Origin: Thecamonas trahens ATCC 50062
Taxonomy: Eukaryota > Protista > Apusomonadida
Length of the DNA: 64,000 nucleotides
Reading direction: 5' to 3'
NCBI RefSeq assembly: GCF_000142905.1
Contig: NW_013657664.1
Span: forward strand, 186,001 to 250,000
Below, piece after piece: positions 9,436-21,367 of the stretch; position 1 is the first letter of the stretch, and each line of letters opens with the position of its first letter. Below the pieces are notes generated by a model. The model was not told the origin of the DNA, did no database searches, and saw only the letters and a program-made list of their open reading frames with translations. The position numbers and the translations under genes were made by a program.

Positions 9436-10461
9436 ATGAAACCACGCTTGACACCCACACTCCTGGTGCTTGCGCTTGTGCTCGTCCTCGCCACTGCCGC
9501 CACTGCCGCGCCGCAAGCCGCCTGCGACAGCGCCTACTGCAACACGTGTGTGGCCGACGGCGCCTGCGGCTGGTGCATGAACCGCGGCGAGTGCTTCCCT
9601 GCCACCAACGCCACGGTCCTCGAATGCGCCGCAGACCAGTGGCGCGCGCCGGGCTCCACAGCCTGTCTCCCTGCTCTATGCTCGCTCTCGCTGCTCGACA
9701 CAGTCGGCTATGCCGCTGTCGCTCTCGCCGGCATCCTTGCCATCGCCCTCGGCTACCGCCTCTTCCGTCTCGCCTTTACCCTCCTTGCCCTCGCTCTCGG
9801 CGGCCTGACCTGGCTCGCTCTCATCCAGTACGCGCCGCACCTCTCGCTCGCCGCCCGCATCGCCTCCTCCTCGATCGCCGCTCTTCTCGCCCTCCTCATC
9901 CTGCACTCGGCCCTCCGCGCCGGCATCTTTGCCGTCGGTGCCTGCGCCGGCATCGTCCTCATGGGCGTCGTCCTCTCCATTCCAGCCGCAGGTAGCCAGC
10001 TTGTTGCGCACACCTCGCCGCTTGTCCGCCTCGTCATTGTCGCCGCCGTTGCCTTTGCCACCGGCGTTGTCGCCCTCATGGCTGAGCGCATGGTCCTCAT
10101 CCTCGCCACCTCGTGGGTTGGCTCGTTCGCTTTCTTTGTCGCCTTTGACGTCTTCCTCGCCGCCGCTGGTATCGGCTGTGGCTCGCACCTGGCCCTCTCG
10201 CGCTGGCAGTCGGGATACTTTCGCGCCGCCGTCGGCCGCGTCCTCGTCTCGCTCCAGATCTACGCCTACTCGCCACCGCCTCAGCCGGCGGCTACCCTCT
10301 CATTCTTTGCTCTCCTCGCCGCTTTTGTCGTCACCACCGCATGTGGCGTCGCCGTTCAGACAACGTGGACCATTGGCTCCTTTCACCACCGCCACCGGCA
10401 CTCTTCCTCCCCGCAGCCTCTGGTCCTCTCGGTCACGTCTCCGCTCCTACAGCAGCCTTGA
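9436..10461 (+). CDS. Signal peptide + PSI domain + TMEM198/TM7SF3-like (DUF4203) multi-pass membrane protein
   Basis: CNTCVADGACGWC...C (PSI); GYRLFR and ILATSWVGS motifs; about 7 hydrophobic segments. Confidence 0.8.
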   Translation: MKPRLTPTLLVLALVLVLATAATAAPQAACDSAYCNTCVADGACGWCMNRGECFPATNATVLECAADQWRAPGSTACLPALCSLSLLDTVGYAAVALAGILAIALGYRLFRLAFTLLALALGGLTWLALIQYAPHLSLAARIASSSIAALLALLILHSALRAGIFAVGACAGIVLMGVVLSIPAAGSQLVAHTSPLVRLVIVAAVAFATGVVALMAERMVLILATSWVGSFAFFVAFDVFLAAAGIGCGSHLALSRWQSGYFRAAVGRVLVSLQIYAYSPPPQPAATLSFFALLAAFVVTTACGVAVQTTWTIGSFHHRHRHSSSPQPLVLSVTSPLLQQP

Positions 10462-10494
10462 CTTCTCTACTCCCCAGCGGTCAAGATCGGATCT

Positions 10495-13400
10495 TTACCA
10501 CTTGCGGGCCTGCACTGGCGCAGGTCGCACACGCTGGCCCACCCACTCGTCCAGCTTAAAGCTAGTGATCCGCCGCACCAACGCCGCAGACTTGCCGCCG
10601 CCTTCGCCCACAGACAGCCGCCTGCCAGTCAATGCCCCGACAGTCTTGCGCCGTTCGAGGAAAGGGGTTCTTGAGCTGCTTGCCACGGTAGGGTTGCCCG
10701 ACCGGATGTTAAGCTCCTGGAAGCACTCCAGACAGAGCGCTCGCTGCCGCTCCTTGTGCGCAACGAACTCGTCCACCAACGGCTGTGCACACGCATCGCA
10801 ACGGTACTGCGACAGCGAGTGGAAGCATTCGGAACACGTCGGCACTGTCCCGTCCTTCAGCAAATGCGCCCGCCCGGAGAGACACACCCGGCAGACGGAC
10901 GAGCACTCAGAGTGCCACGGGCTCTGGCCCACGTACACTTTGCCGATGTGACTTCCCACCGCAGAGTGGCACCCAGGGCACTCGAGCGACGGCTCGGTGT
11001 AAGCCTGCGAGACCACAGTCTGCCGCACCGCGTACCCGACAAGCGCCATCGCCCCATTGCGCTCCGCTGAGAGCTGCATCGCAGCCTGCACACCTTCTTC
11101 CGCCGACATGCCCTCAATCCCGCGCCCCACTTGTTCCAGCCCGCCCGAGCTGTACACCATCACCGTCACCGAACCGTATACCACATGCGGCCCCACAGCA
11201 ATGCCCACATGGGTCATGCGCGAGTTAAACAGCGCCTTGCGCCGGTGCCGAGTTCGAAGTCCGTCGTCCACTGCCATCTGCACCACCGCATCGCGCGCAG
11301 AGCTCCACCCCTTGTATACAAACGTCTCCAGCACCGCAAGCTCACACGCCTCGCCATCTTGCTCAAGCATGACAGGGGCCTTTGCTGCCTGAGACGGCGC
11401 CCGCCATGGCCTGCCAGCCTCAAACATCGATGCTGCCACGCCGCCTGCTACGAGCGCTGCGCATACTCGCTCGTGCAGGCCACGCCCGTCCGAGCCCTCC
11501 GAACCAGTCATGCCCTTGCTGCCGATATCAGACGCGTGCATCGCCGCCACAAGACACAGCACCGGCGAGAGCGCCAGCGGCTCCAGTGCCGCTTGCTGCC
11601 TTGTAAAGGCAATCGCGTCGTCCTGTCCGGCGCGTCCTTCCATGGTCATGATGCCCATCGGCACGCCCGGCACCCACAGGACACCGTTCTTAAAGTACTG
11701 CAGCCGCTCCTCCAGCGCATCGGCGAGCCCACCTGGGTCCGCCCGCACCTCGTTCATCGCCGCAAGTAACTCGCGCGCCGGCGACTCGTCCGCAAGTGAC
11801 GCCAGCAGCGCTTCGCTAGCACTCCGTGCCTTGGCCTCGCGCTCCTCCACCTTTTCCCACGTCAGTGGTTCCGGGACCACAAACCGAAACTTGTCCTTTT
11901 TCCGCTCGCGCGCTTTTGCGCTCGCTTCTGACTCATCCGCACCTTGAAACCACGGAACGAGGCCTGGATGAGTGTCGCCGCAGAAATCTCAGCCTCGCTC
12001 GCAGACCACTGGAATCCGCGCCGCCTCCCCGACCACGATGACATCGACCGCGACCGCGACCGTCCTGTGTGCACAGACGACGTCATATCAATCGAACCGG
12101 CCGACGAGCCGAGCACATGCTTCCGCAGCGAGTAGCTCGACAGTGAGACCCGCCGCGACGCAACCCATTCGCACTGGTTCTCCCCGCCATCTGACGCCTT
12201 GGACAGAACCATTGATAGCGCTTGCTTTTCGCCGTCCCTAACAGCATTCTTCGCCACGCCATCCACCGTCTTGTGTGAAGCTTCTAGCGCTGCACGGTCC
12301 AGCACTTCAAACTCGCCGCGGCCAAGCTTGTCGAAAAACTCGATCATCGGTCCAAAGTCTGGATACGGGTTGGCTTGTGGCTCTACAACAATGTCCGAAA
12401 TCGCAGTCTCGGACGAAACCTCCGAGAGCCACGAGCCGAGCGATGACACAGATCCGTCGTCGGAGCGCCCGTCAAGGGAAGAAACAACCACGGCCGGGCT
12501 GACAGACAACTCATCAAGCCCCGCAAGCATACTTTCCGACAAAACAGACGACGACGACTCTGACCACACAATCGTCGTGTTCGATCCATGCGACGACAGA
12601 CCCACCTCGTCGCCGTCGCACTGCGGAAGCGCGCCGGCTGATGGTACACGGACTACGGCCGCTCTGGGCGCAACAGCCACGCCCACCGCAGCGGTAGGTG
12701 ACGACTCGCCCGAGCCGATGAGCACGAGCTGCGGTGAATGCGACCGCGACCGCGAACGGCTCGAAACTGTCGCTTCAAGCTGGTCGGCCTCGTCAACTGC
12801 TGCCTCCATCTGATCCGTAGTCGCAAGCACCAGCGGCGGCGCCGCCATCGGCGATAGCGTCCGAATCCGCCGCGCCCGGTTGGCCTCGATCCGCGCCGGA
12901 TCAAATGGTGAGCGAGGCGTGAGGGGCGATCCGGTCACCTTGGGCGGCGTCACCGGCCTTTGCCGCCACACAGGCGATGTAGACCTCTGCTGCGCTGCCT
13001 CGCTCATTGCCAGCCGCGACGCCACGTCCGGAAACTCTGGAAGACCCGAAAGCGGGTCCGGCGACGCCCGTCGCGGTGCCAGTGTCGAGAATGGCGAGTC
13101 CCAGATCTGCATCGTCCCGCCATCGCCGCTCGCCTTGTTCACCGTTGACTCTCGTCCACTTGCCGGCTGGTGCGTGCTCCGCTCGGCTGCCCGCCGCGAC
13201 GGAATGACCACAGGCGCAGACAGTGCCACCGCGTCGAGCGCCACCGCCTGGACCGGCCCTGTACGCGGCGGGCGCCATAGCGTCCCTCCCGGTTGCTCGT
13301 TCTGGAGCCTCACCACGCTAGGGAAACGCCGATGATGCGACGGCTGCCTCACCTCACCCCATCCGCTGCGTCCGCCGCGGCCCGGCTGCCGCGCCCGCCG

Positions 13401-13685
13401 CCGCGGCTCATAGCTCCGCGTCCTCCGATGCTGCCGACGCGGCGGCAACGGCGACCGGCTCCCCTTGCCTGCCTCAAACAGCGCACTCCTCACACTTGGA
13501 TGGTCCAGTGCCGTAGGCGAAGGGAAGACAAGCGCAGGGAGCTTGCGGCTCCGTCCGCCAGGCCGCCGGCGAAGTCCAGCCTCGCCCGTTCCGGCCACCA
13601 CCACGTATGGCGACACACGTCCGCGGCGTCTGCACCCTCTCGCCCCAACAGCCCCCCGGCATGCATGAGTACCATCCGGGTGCAC
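10495..13685 (-). CDS. Low-complexity N-terminus + IQ + CAP/SCP domain + LIM-like Zn fingers; frameshift near 11915; start uncertain
   Basis: IQASFRGFKVR; MNEVRADP...HASDIG...VDDGLRTRHRRKALFN...HVGIAVGPH (CAP); CPGC..WHSEC..CRVC..CSEC..CDAC..CLEC. Confidence 0.7.
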
Positions 13686-14034
13686 AAACCGTGCCCCTCA
13701 CCTCCTCAATCTCCTTCGGCTCGTTGGTGGAACTCACAATGAAGAACGTTGCATGTCGTCTGCGACAAGCGTTACCACCGTTTGGCCACCGTTGCCGCCT
13801 TCCCAGCGCTCCACCCCCACCCGTCCGTCCGCTGCACCCTTATGGGAAAATATTTTGCACCGTCTGCCTTTCACGTGGGCGCCCGAGGCGTCGGCTGGCG
13901 GCCGGCTGGCGCCGCCCACGTGCGCCTCTGCATCAGCGCCGCCCCTTGCTGTCGCGGCTGTGGCCGCCTCCCAGGCTTGCCTTCGCCCACCCCTCTCCGT
14001 GTCACCGCCACCTCCACTTTGCGCAGGCATTACG

Positions 14035-14960
14035 ATGATGCAACGCACCACGCTGCACAAGGTTGCGGCGTACGGAACCATTGCCACCACGCTTGTGACC
14101 ATCTTTACGTGCGTAGTCATCTCGTCGGCAACCGACTCGTGGTACGGCGGCCTAACCGTGCCGTACATCTCCGATACTGGCCGCGAGAAGCCTGAGACGT
14201 ACTTGTTTGCCATCGGCATGTCTACGGCGGCACTCCTTGCCGGTGTTGTCGCCACAACCGAGGCCAGCTACCTCCGCGCCCATCTCGGTGCCCTCAAACT
14301 GCCCGCAGACTCGGGCAAGCTCCCGGTCCGCTTTGGTTGGCTCGGCGCCTCGCCCGTCGTGCTCAGCCGGATGGCGACCGTGGCGTGGATCAACCATCTC
14401 CTTGCCGTTCCGTTTGGCATCATTGTCGGCACCGTCTCTACCCGCGTCTCCATCGGCCTCCACGTCCTCGGCGCTGCCGGTTTCTTCCTCTTTACCATGA
14501 TCGCCACCGTCCTCAACACCATTGTCGTCGGGCAAGCACTCTCTGGCGGCGCTGTCTGGCTCTCACTCTCGTTCAAGCTGAAGCGGGTCCTTGTCTCCAT
14601 GGCTTGCGTCACCGTCATCCTCTACCAGGGCGTTGGCCGCGTCGTCGCTTGCGACGCGCCCGACAACGACGGCGTCTACGACTACCGCGAGTGTGTCGCC
14701 GGCCACCATCTGCGGACCATCACCCAGCACGCATCGGTCTACCTTTTCTCACCATTGTCGCCACCTATGCTCTCGACATCTTTGACGCTGCCCTCCATCG
14801 CTCGCCGTCTGTCTCGGATGGCGAAGCCGCACTGGCCGACGCGCACCACGCAGGCTCGGGCTCGGACTCGGGCTCGGACTCGGGCTCCGGCTCGGGCTCG
14901 CCTACCGTCACTGGCACTGACACTGGCACCGGCTCGGCCTCGCGCTCGACCGCAAGCTAG
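14035..14960 (+). CDS. Frag1/DRAM/Sfk1 (TMEM150-like) membrane protein; frameshift near 14745
   Basis: VPYISDTGREKPETYLF, LHVLGAAGFF; the last TM continues in the -1 frame (FLTIVATYALD) to a stop at 14960. Confidence 0.85.
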
Positions 14961-14990
14961 TGTGCTTTCCCCCTTTTTGCGCTATCTCAC

Positions 14991-17111
14991 TTATTGCATC
15001 ATGGTCCGCATCAGTGCGCCCAACTCTTCCAAATCAATCTCACCGTCACCGTCCTCATCGATGTCGCGGAGCAGCTCCTCGACCTCTGTGTAGGAGAATG
15101 CTTCGCCGTTGCCGAGAGAGTTGAGCGCCTCGCGCAGCTCGGTGAGCGAGATGGAACCGTCGCCGTCGGCGTCCAGCATGTTAAACATGAGCTTAACAGA
15201 GAGCTCAGAGTCCATGACCTTGACCGCCTCGTACGCCGAGAGAAGCTCCACGTACTCGTCGCAATCGAGCTCCATGTCGCCGTCGTCATCAACCGCAGCC
15301 ACCATGGCCCGTAGAATCTGCGCATCAATGGGCGTCCCAAGCTTGGTCATCAACCTTCCCAGCTCGTCGATGTCGAGGCAGCCTGAGCCGTCCTCGTCAA
15401 AGAGCTCGAACATCTCACGCAGCTCGGCCTCGCGGTCGTCTGACAGGTGGTGGTGTGCAACAATCGACTCCAGAATGACCCGCGACTCCCCGTCAAGCGA
15501 GCGCTGCGAGAGCGAAGCATGCGTCGTTGGACTATCACCATTGATGGTCAGCGTGCCGGCGCCCTCGGACCGCTCACGTCGCTCACGGTGGACTTGTGTA
15601 AAGGCGATGACATGGAGCATGCGGATGGCACGCAGAGCCTTGGCGGTCTTCAGCGACCGCACCACATCCTTGATGATTGGCTCGCGCTTGAGCATCTCGA
15701 TGTTGCACACTTCGACGTATCGCGCAATAATAACAGGCATGAGCCAGAGGAGTGCAAGCAGAATCGGGACGTAGCCCGCAGCAAGGAGCGTGACCTTGAC
15801 AGCGGTTTCCACCTCGAGGTTGAGGATGACCGGTGAGATGTAGATGGACATGACGGCGATGTAGAGCGCGATGAACAGCAGTGAGAACTGGATAATGACG
15901 TACAGCGCCCGTGGGCCGTGCCGATCGAGCCAAAACAGCCGCTCGTGCTTATTGGGTGGCTCGCCCAGAATGAGACGCCCCAGCCAGCTCCGCTGCTTCA
16001 GTGGCTGGAGCACAAACGTCGGCTGGGCCGCATTCTGCAGCGCCACCAACGGATCTGTCTCGCTCGAGTCGAGTGAGACACCCGGCGCAGGCTTGGGCGT
16101 CAGCATCGAGTGCACTTTGTTGAGCTTGGCCTTGACGAAGAGGAGAAAGACGAAGAGCAAGAAGGCGACGCCGATGACGCCGCCCACAATCGCCTCATCG
16201 GCGAGCGCAAAGTAAAAGTAGAAGCAGACAAAGAGGACCTCGAGCGCGAGCCACGTGGTGAGCTGGACCTCGACAATCTCGCCGAGCTCCTCACCGAGAA
16301 CAATCGCCAAGTACTGCGCAAAGTCAAAGTCGTCGCCGCACGAGTCGTGCTGCTTCACAAACTGCGCTCGAAGCAGCATGTACTCGAGCTTCTCGCGGAC
16401 CGACGACTTCATCGACAGCATGTACATCCCGCAGTCCCAGTTCGAGTCCGAGTGGACGTGCGAGACCCAGTCGTGGGCCACCTCCTCCATCTCGCTCAGC
16501 TCGTCCGTCCCAAGCTCCAGCTGCCGCCATTTGCGCATGATACGCTTACCAATGAGTACCAGAAGAACAACCTCGCAGATGAACATGACCATCACTGCAA
16601 AGATGAGCATGTGCGTCGTCTCTACCGCCTCGGGCAGCGTTGAGTTGTCGGCAAACTGTGAGCACGAGAGCCGCGACAGCCACCCAGTCCGTTGGATGAT
16701 GAACGTCATGAGGCCGAGGAAGCCTAAAACCGTCAGCTCTCCCCACATCGAGTCTAGAATCGGCTGCATCGGGCCTTCCACAAGCTCCTCCAGCTTGTCC
16801 TGTCCACCGCAGGCCAGAGACCCAACCCGGGCCACGTGCTTATGAGTCTGCGCGCCCCGCGACTATCTCCCCCTCTCTCTCCCCCCTCCCCTCTCTCCCC
16901 CCACACCTACCTTGGCCAGCTCAAAGCAAATGGTGGTAGCAATGAGCGTGGACAGGATGAGCAGGACTGCCAGCCGCTTGCGGTCACTCATGTTTGTGAT
17001 GACTCGCTCCTCCTCCTCCGGACTGCACTCGACGTCGTCGGCCAGGGCAGGCACCGCAAGGGCCCATGCCACCAGAACGAGGGCGAGAGTACTGCGCACC
17101 CAACGCTTCAT
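14991..17111 (-). CDS. MLO-like multi-pass membrane protein fused to a 4-EF-hand calmodulin-like domain; exons 17111-16911, 16799-14991
   Basis: GELTVLGFLGL, THMLIF, WRQLE, FDFAQYL, IVEV, LFWLDR match MLO-family motifs in order; EF loops DEDGSGCLDIDE, DDDGDMELDCDE, DADGDGSISLTE, DEDGDGEIDLEE. Confidence 0.8.
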
Positions 17112-17284
17112 AACGCTGTGTACTTGTAGCCCTCCTTCTCAACGGTACAAGCAAGAGACAGATGCCAGCGCGGCGCGGCGCAGCCCTTGTCATGCGCTGA
17201 ACCTCTTGCCTCAGTGGTCACGTGGGATCGCAGCTGCCCAGCGGCGATTGATGCGATAGAGAGCGGGTGAGCTCCCCCATGTGT

Positions 17285-19152
17285 TCAATACGGGACCATC
17301 CACTCAACCCAAGTGTCTAGGGTCTGCTGCGAGTTGCAGGCAAAGTGGTATGTCGAACCGCCTGCATTGATCTCGAGGGCAAAAGCCAAGTCGAGGTGCG
17401 AGATGCGGGTAAAGACAATCGAGGCGAGCGGCCAGGCGTGCTTCGGTGACCAGTCCTTGCGCTTTTTGCAGCAGATGAGGAAGTTGTCGTAGATGGCGAA
17501 CCAGAGCTCCTTCCACTTGGTCTTCTTGGCCGGCTTGAGCAGCGCCAGACCGTAGACCGAGGTGTCGGTCACCGTCGGGTCCTTGTTCTCCGGGAAGAAC
17601 CCGTAGTCGGGGCCAAAGAGGAAGAGCTCGATGCCCGCCCGCTCCGCCTTTTTCTTCATCCGCTCTGGCACGGTGAGCCCCGAGTTCAGTTCGTTGCCGG
17701 CAATGGTGACGCCTCCGACTGTCCCGACTCCTCCGCTGACCGACGACGTCGAGCGCGGCGCCACTGGTGGCGGCACGTCATCGTCCGAGTCGGACAGGTT
17801 GGAGAGGTCGATGCCGGCCGACGCCAAATTCGAGATGAGCGCATCGACGTTGATGGTGTCGCGCTTCGATGGCGTCACAGCCTGCTGCCATGCCGGCTGC
17901 GGCAAGCCGCCGCCAGCCCTACGTGCCTCAAACGACTGCGGCGGACCATTGCGCGGCGGCATCCGAGGCGGGCCCTTTGCCACCGGCGGCGGCGGCGGGG
18001 CCTTTGCCACCGGCGGCGGCGGCGGCGCCCTTTGCCACCGGCGGCGGCGGCGGGGCCTTTGCAAGTGGTGGCGGCGGCGGGGCCTTTGCAAGTGGTGGCG
18101 GCGGCGGGGCCATGCTTGCGGGACTCGGCATCGGGCGATCCCGCGGGTTGAAGCCGCCCCGGCCAGGCGGCCCCCGCCCCGGCGGCCCACGGCCGGGCGG
18201 CCCACCAGAATGCAACGACGAAGACCGTCCGCTGGCACCGCTGGATCGATTCCATGACTGTGAAGGCGACGCTGCCGCAGGTGTAGGCGGGGCAGCCACG
18301 GTCGTTGCCCTTGGGGGCGCCCCGCGCGGCTGCGACGGCGCTGCATTCTTGGACGGCACAGGCGCGCCAGTCGCCGCCCGTGCCGCCATGTTTGGCCGCC
18401 ACGAGCCGGCAACCTTGAACACAGGCTCGTCAAGTTCAAGCACAGGCCCGGTGGTAAAGACCTTAGACATGCGGTTGAACCGCGGGTTGCGCCCGCCGCC
18501 GCCGCCGCCGCCGCCGGTTGCAGTCGAGGCCGGCGGCTTGTCGGTGTACTTTTTGCCGCACGAGTGGCAGAACTTGGCCTTGGCAGACTTGGGCTTGGCT
18601 CCGCACCATCCGCAGTCGGCGATAGCGCCGCCGCCACTGCTGCCGCCGCTCCCGCCCACAGGCGCCGCCGGGGTGAAGTTACGCCCGCCCGCTCGTCCAA
18701 CGCCGCCCCTTCCGCCGCGACTCCCGCCGGCCGGGTTCTCGCGCACAAACTGAACCGGAAAGAGCCCGACCCATCCATCGAGCTCGCCTTCCCACCACTC
18801 GGCATTGCTGGTGTCCCGCAGTGTGATGATGGCCCCCGCTGAAAACGGCAGCTCGTCGGGCTCACCACCCTCAAAGTCGTACAACGCCGTCGCCGTCCGC
18901 ACAGCACCTACCACCACCACACATCCCATCCCATTCCATGCCATTCGCCATACCACCACCAACCAACACACATGCAAGCCAGCCCAGAGGTGAGTCTCTC
19001 CCTCTCTTCCATCCCCCTCTTCCTCCCCACCCCCCTGTTCTCCTGCCTCACCTTTGCATGTGGCGCCCAGGCGTTCGCCGAACCCCCGCTCTCTCGCCGC
19101 CCCCCTCCCTCCCCCCCCTCCTCCCCCCCTCTTCCCCCCGGTGCGTACTCAT
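17285..19152 (-). CDS. SH3 - Zn ribbon - polyproline - PH adaptor; micro-exon 19152-19149, exon 2 from 18907; +1 frameshift near 18030
   Basis: ALYDFEG..ELPF..WWEG..GLFP (SH3); CGWCG..FCHSCG; KWKELWFAI...HFAC...LDTW (PH); ATGA|GTACGC...TAG|GTGCT gives MSAVRTA. Confidence 0.8.
17973..18112 (-). repeat. 27-bp coding repeat (APPPPP[L/V]AK) x ~5
   Basis: GCCTTTGCCACCGGCGGCGGCGGCGGG-type units; one copy is 28 nt. Confidence 0.85.
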
Positions 19153-19730
19153 GTTGAATGTGGTACTGTCGTGGGTTGGCTCTCTTTGCTACCTATTCTG
19201 CTGGCTGCTGCCTCTGGCTCTGCACACACCCTATGCTCTGCCCGTCCCTCGACAAGTGGTGCGCTCTAACACGCTCGCCATGGCGACGGCGAACACGCTC
19301 GCACCCGAGTCCTAGTATTACAGCTGGACACACGTGCGACTGGCATGGATGGCCTGAGCACACACATACGCACACATACATGCACGTTTGCATTCGCCTT
19401 TGCACTCCCACTCGCCTGCAGCTGCACTATGTACAACGGACGATGAATCGTGTGCGATGGACAGCAGCCGGCAAGCCCATCTGGAAACAGCATCCGTCCG
19501 CCGTTCGATCAATCTCCCTCACAAGCGCCATGCCTTGGCAACCGATGCACATAGCTAGACGGTATCCGCAGTCACTGCGCCAAGCAGGGCCTACCCACGA
19601 CAATGTAGTGGTTTACCTATGCGCAGCAAGTGTCTCTTGACCTGCACCCGGGAGGAGCATCTGCGTCGCAGCGTAGGTGAGATGCTCGTCCGCAGCCCGC
19701 ATCTTGGCCGGCTGCTGCAACAAGCCCAGT

Positions 19731-20144
19731 TCACTTGGACTTGGACTTGCCCTTGGGGTCCTTGATGGCGTTGCTCATGGTCGTCGCCTGGTGGGCCGGC
19801 GAGTTCTCGGAGAGCTTGGCGGCCATCTCGATGCCTTTCTGGAGCGTAAACTCGCCGAGCCCGAGGTAGCCGTCCACCACCATCTTAGCCGTTGGATGCT
19901 TGATCATGCCTGTCGGCAGTCTGTCGCCCGCCGCCCGCCCCGTACACATTCCTGTCAGTCCCCATCCGCTGACTTTCCATGCCTGTCGCCGCCCACAAAC
20001 GCGTCAGGCACACGCCGAGCTGCCCCCCCCCCCCACTCCCTTCTCCCTCCCCCCAGCCACATACGAGTAACCAAACGACCGACGGACAGCAGCAATGGCC
20101 GTGGAGCTGACCACCACGTCCGCCACAAGTGAAAGTAGACCCAT
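19731..20144 (-). CDS. Small DUF1748-like protein; exons 20144-20065, 19920-19731
   Basis: Spliced MGLLSLVADVVVSSTAIAAVRRSFGYSLPTGMIKHPTAKMVVDGYLGLGEF resembles the fungal DUF1748 pattern (D..L.S...A..RR..G / YLG.GE). Confidence 0.7.
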
Positions 20145-20342
20145 ACGATTCCAACTGTAGCCAATTCACGAGAAGAGTGCGCCACCTCGCCGTCCCCCCC
20201 GCGCAACTCCCCACACGACCGATGAGCCGTCGAGCCGCCGAGCCGGGGAGCCGACGGGCCGACGGCACCGACTCGCGCTGGTGCGCATCCACCGCCGACC
20301 GCCGCAGCCCAACTCCCACCACCTCACCCCACCCCCTCTTTC

Positions 20343-21263
20343 ATGCACACAATGCAAAGCCTGCTGGACTCTGTGCTGTTTCCGCCGCTGCAGGCGGTGT
20401 GTGGCCCACTCGACGCCACTGTGGGGCTGTACGTGGTCGACTCGCTGGCTGCCTTTGCTGACCGCTTCCAGGTGGCGCTCACCTCGGCCTGCCTCTTCAT
20501 CGTCACCTTTCACATCCTCAAGTGGTTTGTCTCGCCGGCGGTGTTTGGCGCAACGTACGCCAAGCTCACGCCGGTGGACAAGTTCCGCTGGAACGAGAAG
20601 CTCATCTCGGTCATCCACGCTTCGATCGCCACCGTCGGCGCCGCCGCCTCGGCCTGGCACACCTTCTCCTCGCTGCCAGACAGCCTCAACTCGATGACCA
20701 ACTACGAGCTCATCCTGGGCGTCAACAACACTCCGCTGCATCGTGACTTTTTCATCCAGACCTCCATCGGCTATTTTCTCTCGGACCTCTTCCTCTACAC
20801 CCTCCCGCCCATCCACCACTCGGCCTTTGAGTTCTTCCACCACATTGTCGCTGGCGGCTCGTACACTCTCGGCGTGTACTACCAGTGGGGCACCTGGATC
20901 CAGATCAACTTTCTCCTCAACGAGGTCTCGACACCCTTCCTCCAGCTCACCTGGTTCTTCCGCTATACCGGCCTCCGCCACTCGCCCGTCGACAAGACCA
21001 ACCGCAAGGTCTTTGCCCTTCTCTTCTTCATCTCGCGCGTTGTCTGGAACTCGATCTTCTGCTGGCATGTCATCCAGGCCCTGGTCTACGTCACCATCGA
21101 CCCGTGGGTCACACCGCGCCTCTTCTGGGTCCAAGTCGTCCTCATCATCTCCCATTGCTCGCTGCAGTACTTTTGGTTCTACCGGATCATGGCTATCGCT
21201 CTCGGCGCCTCGTCAGCGCCGGGCGAGCCTGTTGCACCCGCCTCGCACGCCAAGTCACAGTAG
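20343..21263 (+). CDS. TLC-domain (TMEM56/TLCD-like) membrane protein
   Basis: SVIHA, GYFLSDL, FFHH, NEVSTPF, FFISR, LQYFWF. Confidence 0.9.
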   Translation: MHTMQSLLDSVLFPPLQAVCGPLDATVGLYVVDSLAAFADRFQVALTSACLFIVTFHILKWFVSPAVFGATYAKLTPVDKFRWNEKLISVIHASIATVGAAASAWHTFSSLPDSLNSMTNYELILGVNNTPLHRDFFIQTSIGYFLSDLFLYTLPPIHHSAFEFFHHIVAGGSYTLGVYYQWGTWIQINFLLNEVSTPFLQLTWFFRYTGLRHSPVDKTNRKVFALLFFISRVVWNSIFCWHVIQALVYVTIDPWVTPRLFWVQVVLIISHCSLQYFWFYRIMAIALGASSAPGEPVAPASHAKSQ

Positions 21264-21367
21264 CCAGCCGCTCTGTATTCCGGGCGCTTGGGCATCTCGT
21301 GGCTCGCACCCTCCAGACCTTAACACCTGTGCCAGCTGTAGCCGCCTAGCCGCCTGTCGAGATAGCT

